Source of the DNA: Limisphaerales bacterium
GTDB taxonomy: Bacteria > Verrucomicrobiota > Verrucomicrobiia > Limisphaerales > Palsa-1400
Direction of reading: 5' to 3'
NCBI GenBank assembly: GCA_052139695.1
Contig: JBKQWF010000307.1
Location: 72,297 to 136,296, forward strand
DNA: 64,000 nt
Below are positions 46,829-54,222 of this stretch, piece by piece (within the stretch, counting starts at the first letter, position 1; every line of letters begins with the position of its first letter). A program made the position numbers and the translations under genes. The notes below the pieces were generated by a model, which ran no database searches, was not told where the DNA came from, and saw only the letters and a program-made list of their open reading frames with translations.

Positions 46829-48916
46829 ATGATTCCGTTCAAAAACATCTTTCTGGCGCTGGCGGGGACGGTCGTAACGGCGGCGGCGGCGGAATCGACC
46901 AATACTCCCGCGCCTCCCGCGTTGACGCCGGAGCAATTATACGAAGGAGGAACCAACTCCTTCACCAATTGGATCGAGCTGGCCACCGGCGGTTTCTTTA
47001 TCAGCGGCGACAAAGCGCAGTTTCAGCAATTGCATCAAGTCTCAGGCTACCCGTACGGCGGCCTTCAGGATTTTCATTACCAGGAAAACCTGGACAAGAC
47101 GACGACGCTGACCGCGAACGGCCATGCGCTTTTCAATGAGCACGACTACAAATTGCGCCTGGGAATCCAGAGGGAAAAAGTCGGCTACCTCAATCTTTCT
47201 TACGATCAATCGCGGGAATGGGAAAACGGGGCCGGCGGCTTTTTCCCGCCAACGGGCGCTTATTACTCGCTTCCGGGCAACGCCCTGGGACTGGATCGCG
47301 CGAATTTTGGGATCGAGGCTGGTTTAACCCTGGATAATAAACCGAAGATTGTCTTTAAGTACAATCACAAGACACGCGAGGGAGAAGAAGCTTCCACCAG
47401 TTGGGGACTGGCCCATCCCGATAGCGGCTCCTTGACGCGGGGAATCAGTCCGTCCTTCTACGGCATTAACGAGCGGATCGACAGTTTTCAACTGGACATC
47501 AGCCATCACATTGACAAAACGGACGTGGGCTTGGGCTTTACCTTTGAGACCGGCAAACTCAACGACGCTCTCAATATCACGCAGTTTCCCACTGAACCGC
47601 TCCAGCAAAAGACCACCGACCGCGAAGGCACGTCTTACGATCAATTCAGCGTTCACACTTACACGGAGACATGGATTACTAATAACCTCATGCTCTCCTC
47701 CGGCTTTTCCTATACGCATCTGGACAATAATTTTTCCGGCAGCCGGATTTACGGCTCTGACTTTGACGTGGGTTATGTTCCGAATGCGCAAAACGGCTTT
47801 GGTTATTATGGCCTGGCGGGAGATTCGCGCCTGAACGATTACGTGATGGACTTGAACCTCCTCTACCGGCCCTCGCCTCACTTGACAATTATCCCCTCGA
47901 TCCGCGTCCAGGACGAGGACTGGAACGCCTACTCCAGCGGAATGGAGACGTTGGAGAATTATGCGGCGGTGCCTTTCACCTCCGATAGTGACCGGGGGGT
48001 GTTGGATGTGATTGAGCGGCTGGATCTGCGCTACAATGGGCTGACGAACTGGGTCTTCACCGGCCGTGGCGACTGGACGGAAGGTCATGGGAATCTGAAC
48101 GAGAATGGCGGGGTGCTGCCCATCGAAGGCATTGGCTTGCAGCCGGTGCTGGAAGAGATGGAGGATAACCGCTTCTTTCAGAAATACTCTCTCGGCGCCA
48201 AGTGGTATCCAGACCGGCGTGTCGCGATCGACCTTGGGGGATACTATAAGTTCGACCATTACGGCTACGATTTCAATTACGATAGCACGCCGAACAATAG
48301 CGCCAGCCGTTATCCCGGTTACCTTGTCATGCAGGACTTCCAAACGTATGATGGCAACTTTCGCTTGACGATCCGGCCCCGGCAAAATGTCACCTTGATC
48401 TCGCGCTACGAATACCAATGGTCCACCATTGACACCACGCCCGATCCTGTTTCCGGCCTCCCCGACGTGGAATCTTCGACCATGAATACCCACGTCATCG
48501 CCCAAGACGTGAGTTGGGTGCCTTTCTCTCGCTGGTCCTTGCAAGCCGGGCTGGACTATGTTCTAAGCGAAACCAAGACGCCCGCATCGCAAGTCACACA
48601 GGCCATCCTTAATTCCCAGAATAACTACTGGACAGTCAATGTTTCTTCCGACGTTGTCCTGGACAATAAAACCGATCTGCGGTTGAGTTATCTTTATTAC
48701 GCGGCGGATAATTACGTTAATAATGACCTCTATGGCGTGCCCTATGGCGCGAGCGATGGCGAACACAACATTACGGCCACTCTCACCCGCCGCATTCGCC
48801 CCAATCTTCGCTGGATGCTGCGATACGGGTTCTTTCTCTACAACGATCTGACGTACGGCGGCAACCAGGATTTCCGCGTGCATATGATCTACACTTCGCT
48901 GCAATACCGGTTTTGA
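46829..48916 (+). CDS. Outer-membrane beta-barrel protein, MtrB/PioB/OmbB-like by context
   Basis: 695 aa with a signal peptide. Alternating hydrophobic and Tyr/Gly/Asn/Asp-rich strands run throughout, and the C-terminus is YTSLQYRF (terminal Phe, an OMP signature). It lies 6 nt after the 8-heme gene. Confidence 0.75.
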   Translation: MIPFKNIFLALAGTVVTAAAAESTNTPAPPALTPEQLYEGGTNSFTNWIELATGGFFISGDKAQFQQLHQVSGYPYGGLQDFHYQENLDKTTTLTANGHALFNEHDYKLRLGIQREKVGYLNLSYDQSREWENGAGGFFPPTGAYYSLPGNALGLDRANFGIEAGLTLDNKPKIVFKYNHKTREGEEASTSWGLAHPDSGSLTRGISPSFYGINERIDSFQLDISHHIDKTDVGLGFTFETGKLNDALNITQFPTEPLQQKTTDREGTSYDQFSVHTYTETWITNNLMLSSGFSYTHLDNNFSGSRIYGSDFDVGYVPNAQNGFGYYGLAGDSRLNDYVMDLNLLYRPSPHLTIIPSIRVQDEDWNAYSSGMETLENYAAVPFTSDSDRGVLDVIERLDLRYNGLTNWVFTGRGDWTEGHGNLNENGGVLPIEGIGLQPVLEEMEDNRFFQKYSLGAKWYPDRRVAIDLGGYYKFDHYGYDFNYDSTPNNSASRYPGYLVMQDFQTYDGNFRLTIRPRQNVTLISRYEYQWSTIDTTPDPVSGLPDVESSTMNTHVIAQDVSWVPFSRWSLQAGLDYVLSETKTPASQVTQAILNSQNNYWTVNVSSDVVLDNKTDLRLSYLYYAADNYVNNDLYGVPYGASDGEHNITATLTRRIRPNLRWMLRYGFFLYNDLTYGGNQDFRVHMIYTSLQYRF

Positions 48917-48985
48917 TTGCCGGCCAGGTCTGGCTCTTAGCAGTATGGTCTGTATATATCAGACATGGTTCTTGACTGTTGTCGT

Positions 48986-50317
48986 CTATAAAGGTTTGCT
49001 GAATAAAGATGAGCCAGGTGAACGGTAAGCGTAACGGCTGTGCAGCAGCGCGCCGCGCGTGAGCAAGAAGGAGAGCAGAACACACATTGCCACCAAGGTG
49101 GTGCTGAGAGCTGTCGGGATTCCGGGAAAATAGCGATTCGACAATATGGGCAATCCCGCGCCATAAGCGATAACGAGGAGGTACAATGAAATATACGCCG
49201 ACCTCCCGGACCCAAATTGCGTCAGGATAAAAACGCCCAACGCCGCGGGCGCGAGAACAAAGGTGTAGCTTTTCAAAGTCGCCGCCGCGACAACTCTTCC
49301 CCACAACAGACCCGCCGACAAGAACCCCAGCACTCCGACTGCCATGATGGGCAAGAGGGCAATAGCGATAAGCACCCCGGCCAGCGTCGTCGCGGATATG
49401 GGCATTGTTCTGCAAAGGCGCAATTGCTGCATCAGCGGCGGTGTGAGCGTAAAGACGATTATAAAGAGCGCGATAAAACTGGACAATGACGCCAACATCC
49501 CCCCTTCAAAAGCAGGCGTCCGTGCAGACTTGAGCCCCGGCAGGGAACAGGCCGCCATCATGAGAACGACCGCTGCCAGCAAATACCAAAGCCCTCGCCT
49601 CACTGTTTCGCGCAGGAGAAATCGAATTCCACCATAGCCGGTCGGAGGCTGGCCCACGCCGCCCGGAAGGAGGCGTTGCATGTCCGGCAACCGGAAACCA
49701 GCCCGGCCTCGCACAGATTTCTCCGCGCGAATCCAGCTTGCCGCCGTCACGGTGCAGCCAATCGTCAAAAAGAAGAGGAAAGGAACGGATCGCTCAAACA
49801 GGACCTGCGTGGTCCACATGCTGCCAAAAAGCATGACCATCGCCAGAAAGCCAGGCCATGCGCTGCCGACGCGTTCCCTCCAGTTTCCAAGAAACTCATC
49901 CGTCATGCCGTAATTCAACGTGAAGGAGGTCCCCAGCCAAAGAAAACAAAACAAGGAGGCTTCCGCTAAAGCCACCAAAGGCGCAGCCTTCCCCACATGA
50001 TATGCCGACCAGAGAGAAGCGCCGAAACATAAGAGCCCGGCGAAGGCGGCCGCCGGGATGGCGACCGTTGCAAACCACCAGGCGCGTCCGATTTGTCTGG
50101 CCGTCAAGGGCAGTGCCAGCATGGTTCGCGGGAGCCCTTGTCGCAGATCAAAGCCCAGTAACATCGCCCCCATCCACATCGAAAGGAGTAACACCCAAAA
50201 CGCGAACGGCTGGCCCGCCGTAGCAGGGATCAACCAGCCAAGACCCACCGTCAGCAGAGCATTCAAAGCCAGCACCCGCCACCAGCGGCGAAAATGATCC
50301 AGAATCAGCCGTTTCAT
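48986..50317 (-). CDS. Multi-pass membrane protein, permease partner of the ABC ATPase
   Basis: I place the start at the internal ATG at 50317 (MKRLILDHFRRWWR), which overlaps the ATPase stop (ATGA). About 10 hydrophobic segments. Confidence 0.65.
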   Translation of the reverse strand: MKRLILDHFRRWWRVLALNALLTVGLGWLIPATAGQPFAFWVLLLSMWMGAMLLGFDLRQGLPRTMLALPLTARQIGRAWWFATVAIPAAAFAGLLCFGASLWSAYHVGKAAPLVALAEASLFCFLWLGTSFTLNYGMTDEFLGNWRERVGSAWPGFLAMVMLFGSMWTTQVLFERSVPFLFFLTIGCTVTAASWIRAEKSVRGRAGFRLPDMQRLLPGGVGQPPTGYGGIRFLLRETVRRGLWYLLAAVVLMMAACSLPGLKSARTPAFEGGMLASLSSFIALFIIVFTLTPPLMQQLRLCRTMPISATTLAGVLIAIALLPIMAVGVLGFLSAGLLWGRVVAAATLKSYTFVLAPAALGVFILTQFGSGRSAYISLYLLVIAYGAGLPILSNRYFPGIPTALSTTLVAMCVLLSFLLTRGALLHSRYAYRSPGSSLFSKPL

Positions 50318-51195
50318 TGCGCCTCCTTTTCCTTGAACAACGCCACAAATAGGTCTTCGAGCGTCAATCGTGTGAGCGACACCTGTTCCGCCCCCTGCGC
50401 CTTCAGCCATGCCTCGCCGGCGCGAGTCTGGTCCACCAGCGCGCGCCAGCGGTTTTCCTCCCAGCCCAAAACGGTGAATCCGTTGCCATTTTGGAACGTC
50501 GCGCCATTGCGGGTGAAGAATTCCGCCAAGCGGTAACGGTCAAGGATTTCGTCCGTTCGGCCCTCCAGGAGTAACCGGCCGTCGCGCAAAATGCCGATGT
50601 GATCAGCGAACCGTTCGATGTCGCTCAAGCTGTGGGAGGAGATAAGAACGGTGCGCTCCCCCGTTGCGATGGCCTTGAGCAATTCTCCGAAAATCTGCTG
50701 CCTCGAGACCGCATCCAGGCCGGTCAGGGGTTCGTCAAGAATGAAAATCTCCGGCTGCCGCGCCAGCGCCAACAGAAGGCTGAGCTTGGTTTTTGCTCCG
50801 AAAGAAAGCGTCACCACGTGGTCGCCGCTCCGCAGATGAAAGGCGTTCATCAGGTGGGCGCAATAATCATCGTCCCACTTGGGATAAAAGCCGCGAACAA
50901 ACCGGATGGCTTTGCCCACTTTGCCCCAGACCTGGTAATTCAAGTCGGGACCCACGTAAGCCGCGCGGCGCTTAAAGGCGACTTCGTCCGCGCGGTGGTC
51001 CAAACCGAGGACCCGAATCGTGCCCGCGTCGTTGCAGCCCATGCCGAAAATCATGTCCAGGGCGGTGGTCTTGCCGGAGCCGTTGGGGCCAATCAGGCCG
51101 TAAATCGCGCCCCGCGGAACGGTCAAATCGAGCGGCCCGAGTTGGAAGGCTGGGTATTTTTTGACTAAGCCGCGGATTTCGAGGGCGTTGTTCAT
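50314..51195 (-). CDS. ABC transporter ATP-binding protein
   Basis: Walker A GPNGSGKTT, signature motif LSFGAKTKL, Walker B ILDEPLTGLD and an H-loop SSH. Confidence 0.9.
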   Translation of the reverse strand: MNNALEIRGLVKKYPAFQLGPLDLTVPRGAIYGLIGPNGSGKTTALDMIFGMGCNDAGTIRVLGLDHRADEVAFKRRAAYVGPDLNYQVWGKVGKAIRFVRGFYPKWDDDYCAHLMNAFHLRSGDHVVTLSFGAKTKLSLLLALARQPEIFILDEPLTGLDAVSRQQIFGELLKAIATGERTVLISSHSLSDIERFADHIGILRDGRLLLEGRTDEILDRYRLAEFFTRNGATFQNGNGFTVLGWEENRWRALVDQTRAGEAWLKAQGAEQVSLTRLTLEDLFVALFKEKEAQ

Positions 51196-51620
51196 AGGGA
51201 CTCCGGTTCTTTGGAAGGTTGATCGGTTTCTCTGAGGGTCTTATGGGCCAAATTCAGAATTTCCTCTTGATTTAGTCCGGCTTCGGCGGCTTCGCGGAAG
51301 GCTTCCCGCAGCAACCCTGCCGCCGCCGCCAGTTTAGCTTCACGGCTGCGGGCCTGGCCTTGCTCCGCCACGAAGGTGCCGAGGCCGTGCCGGCGGTAAA
51401 TGATGCCTTCACTTTCGAGCTGTTCGTAGGCGCGTTTGACGGTAATGACGCTGACCAGCAGATCTTCCGCCAGTTGGCGGAAGGAAGGGAGGGCATCGCC
51501 GGGTTTGAGCCGGTCGGCGCTGATTTCCCGTTTGAGTCGATTGACGATCTGCTGGTAAAGGGTGGCGCCTTCAGCCGGGGAAACCGGCCCAATCCAGCAG
51601 GATTTGCGATCTTGTCTCAC
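51192..51620 (-). CDS. GntR-family transcriptional regulator (YtrA subfamily)
   Basis: LYQQIVNRLKREISADRLKPGDALPSFRQLAEDLLVSVITVKRAYEQLESEGIIYRRHGLGTFV, with a short C-terminal helical tail. It overlaps the ATPase start by 4 nt. The tracked start is a GTG. Confidence 0.85.
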   Translation of the reverse strand: MRQDRKSCWIGPVSPAEGATLYQQIVNRLKREISADRLKPGDALPSFRQLAEDLLVSVITVKRAYEQLESEGIIYRRHGLGTFVAEQGQARSREAKLAAAAGLLREAFREAAEAGLNQEEILNLAHKTLRETDQPSKEPESL

Positions 51621-51639
51621 TGATATACTGTGTATATCA
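51621..51639. promoter_or_regulatory. Candidate GntR/YtrA operator palindrome
   Basis: TGATATAC-TGT-GTATATCA is a perfect 8-bp inverted repeat that directly abuts the 5' end of the GntR ORF. Confidence 0.5.
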
Positions 51640-51941
51640 CAGCAGCACAGTTGTCAACCGCTTTTCTTTGCGTCGGACGGCCTGGCGGGGCACCAGCGGA
51701 TGTTCAGACCGGGACAAAAAATGACTAGAATGAGGCGCCTGATTTTGAGCCTGTTCGAGAAGAGGCAATTCTTATCTAACCAAAAATCAATTCCTCAGAA
51801 CAAAAAAAGCAAAGCAAATCACAATTACGGTGAGGCAAAGGAATGGCGTTCCCGGCGATGTTATCAGCGGACAAAGTGGCCATGCCGCGGCTCGCACTGG
51901 GGAGTCGAGCGCCGGATGGCGAAGAGAAACGGATAACAACT

Positions 51942-52271
51942 ATGAAAAGATCATACTTACTGCTCGCTGTTCTGGCATTAGCCGCCGGGACATCGGCCGT
52001 GCTGGCGGCTGATTCCGGCGAACTCTGGCAGAAAAACTGCGCCAAATGTCACGGCAATGACGGCGCGGGCGACACCAAAATGGGCAAGAAACTGGAAATC
52101 AAGGACCTGACCGACGCCAAATACCAGGCTTCCTTTACCGATGAACAGGCCTTCAAAGCCATCAAGGAAGGAATCAAGGAGGGCGACAAGACGAAAATGA
52201 AAGCGGGGGAAGGCCTTAGTGACGAGGACATCAAGGCGCTCGTGGCCAAGACTCGCTCTTTCAAGAAATAG
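51942..52271 (+). CDS. Monoheme class I cytochrome c (periplasmic)
   Basis: I place the start at the internal ATG at 51942 (MKRSYLLLAVLALAAGTSAVLA). One heme site, CAKCHGNDGAGDTKMGKK. Confidence 0.8.
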   Translation: MKRSYLLLAVLALAAGTSAVLAADSGELWQKNCAKCHGNDGAGDTKMGKKLEIKDLTDAKYQASFTDEQAFKAIKEGIKEGDKTKMKAGEGLSDEDIKALVAKTRSFKK

Positions 52272-52406
52272 CCGGTGAACAGGGCCGATGCGAAGCAAAG
52301 CGGAGTTCTAACCTGGCCAGCTTCGCGTTGGTTCCACCCCCCAGATTTTTCGGGCGGCTGGAAGGCCGTCCGGGAGAAAAAAGTCACAATCAACCAAGGA
52401 GATTAC

Positions 52407-52733
52407 ATGAAAACAGCACTGGTCCTCGCGCTGGCGGCAGCCGCATTGACGGCCACGACCGCGCGGAGCGACGATGTTAAAGCGACCTACGACAAAGAAT
52501 GCACCAAGTGTCACGGCGCGGACGGCAAGGGCGAGACCAAAATGGGCAAAAAGCTCGGCGCCAAGGATTATACCGATGCCAAAGTGCAGGACGCGTTAAA
52601 AGACGACGCGGCCTTCAAATCGATTAAGGAAGGCCTCAAGAAGGACGACAAAACCCTGATGAAGCCGGCGGAAGGGCTGTCCGACGATCAGATCAAGGGC
52701 TTAGTCGCCTACATGCGTTCCTTCAAGAAATAA
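52407..52733 (+). CDS. Monoheme class I cytochrome c, tandem paralog
   Basis: I place the start at the internal ATG at 52407, preceded by AAGGAG (MKTALVLALAAAALTA). Heme site CTKCHGADGKGETKMGKK. It is colinear with the upstream paralog down to the ...RSFKK end. Confidence 0.85.
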   Translation: MKTALVLALAAAALTATTARSDDVKATYDKECTKCHGADGKGETKMGKKLGAKDYTDAKVQDALKDDAAFKSIKEGLKKDDKTLMKPAEGLSDDQIKGLVAYMRSFKK

Positions 52734-52740
52734 GACAACC

Positions 52741-54222
52741 ATGAGTGCTCCCGCGCCATCCTCGGCTCCGCGTTCAACCGTTTGGAGAAATTGGACCAGC
52801 CTGGCTGGCGCGGTCGTCATGGTCGCCAGCGCCTTCGCATTTATCTTATTGTTCTTTCTCGATGCGGTGGCGCATTCCAATAATCCGTATCTCGGCATTC
52901 TGACGTTTCTTGTCGCGCCTGCCTTCTTCTTCCTGGGGCTTTTGCTCTTTCTCATCGGTGTCTGGCAAAAGCACCGGGACCAGGCCAAGGCCACTGGCGG
53001 GGCCATGCCGCTGCAAATCCGGGTTGATTTCTCGCGCCCGCGCGACCGGCGCATGCTCGCCATCTTTGTCCCGGCGAGCGTTTGCTTCTTTCTGGTGACG
53101 GCCATGGGCAGCTATCACACCTATCACTTTACGGAATCGGTCACGTTTTGCGGCGAGGCGTGCCATACCGTCATGCAGCCTGAACTGACCACTTACCGGC
53201 ACGGCCCGCACGCGCGGGTGGCCTGCGTGGAATGTCACATTGGCAGCGGGGCGGAATGGTATGTGCGCTCCAAATTATCCGGCACTTATCAAGTCTATGC
53301 CACCCTGGCCAAGAAGTATCCGCGGCCGATTCCTACGCCTGTCAAAAACCTGCGTCCGGCGCAGGAAACGTGCGAGGAATGCCACTGGCCGCAAAAATTC
53401 GTCGGCAACCTCGACCGCACTTATTCCTATTTCCTGCCCGACGCCACCAATTCGCTCTATTCCGTCCGTCTTTTGCTGAGAGTGGGCGGAGGCGATCCCA
53501 CGCATGGCCCCGAAGGCGGCATCCATTGGCACATGAACGTGGCCAACAAAATCGAATATGTGGCGGCCGATGAGGCCCGGCAGAATATCCCGTGGGTGAG
53601 GATGACCGATCGCCAGGGAGTGGTCACAGAGTTCCGCACCGCCAGTTTTACCAACGACCTCAGCAAAATGAGCGTGCGCCGGATGGATTGCATGGATTGC
53701 CACAACCGCCCCGCCCATGTCTTCCGCTCGCCGGAGAGCGCCGTGAACATGGCCATGTCTCTGGGCCAAATCGACCGCTCCTTGCCTTACGTCAAAACCA
53801 ACGCGGTCGGCGTTTTATGCGGCAAGTACAAGGATGACGACGAAGCTTTTCAGCAAATAGCCGAGACCTTCCAGAAACGTTATCCGACCAATCTCACCGC
53901 CGGTTTGGCCATCAAGACCCTCCAACAGATTTATAAGGACAATTTCTTTCCCGCGATGAAGTCCGACTGGCGCGCGTATCCGGACAATATCGGCCACAAG
54001 GATTGGCCGGGTTGTTTTCGCTGTCATGATGGCAAGCACAAGACGGCGGATGGGACCCGATCCATCCGATTCAATGATTGCAACGTCTGCCATGTCATTC
54101 TGGCGCAGGGCAGCGGCGAGCAGATGAATCAATTGAGCCCACTTGGGCAGAAGTTCGCCCACCCGTTGGAAGAATATGACCCAGCCTACCAATGCACCGA
54201 CTGCCATAATGGCGGACTCTGA
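52741..54222 (+). CDS. NapC/NirT-type inner-membrane multiheme cytochrome (6 CXXCH plus 1 CX3CH), ImcH-like
   Basis: Three N-terminal TM helices, then a NapC/NirT-like region (CGEACHTVMQPELTTYRHGPHARVACVECH ... CEECH), plus CMDCH, CFRCH, CNVCH and CTDCH. Confidence 0.8.
   Translation: MSAPAPSSAPRSTVWRNWTSLAGAVVMVASAFAFILLFFLDAVAHSNNPYLGILTFLVAPAFFFLGLLLFLIGVWQKHRDQAKATGGAMPLQIRVDFSRPRDRRMLAIFVPASVCFFLVTAMGSYHTYHFTESVTFCGEACHTVMQPELTTYRHGPHARVACVECHIGSGAEWYVRSKLSGTYQVYATLAKKYPRPIPTPVKNLRPAQETCEECHWPQKFVGNLDRTYSYFLPDATNSLYSVRLLLRVGGGDPTHGPEGGIHWHMNVANKIEYVAADEARQNIPWVRMTDRQGVVTEFRTASFTNDLSKMSVRRMDCMDCHNRPAHVFRSPESAVNMAMSLGQIDRSLPYVKTNAVGVLCGKYKDDDEAFQQIAETFQKRYPTNLTAGLAIKTLQQIYKDNFFPAMKSDWRAYPDNIGHKDWPGCFRCHDGKHKTADGTRSIRFNDCNVCHVILAQGSGEQMNQLSPLGQKFAHPLEEYDPAYQCTDCHNGGL

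Noticed and set aside
47324-48544. 406-aa minus-strand ORF inside the beta-barrel gene. Similar long antisense ORFs lie at 45884-46936, 54329-55597, 40874-41680, 27392-28168, 5028-6020, 59094-59720 and 62047-62700.
   Set aside because: Each lies opposite a gene with strong motif support (heme sites, nuo motifs, RND, HNH). All have low-complexity Arg/Gly/His-rich sequence. I treat them as high-GC artefacts.
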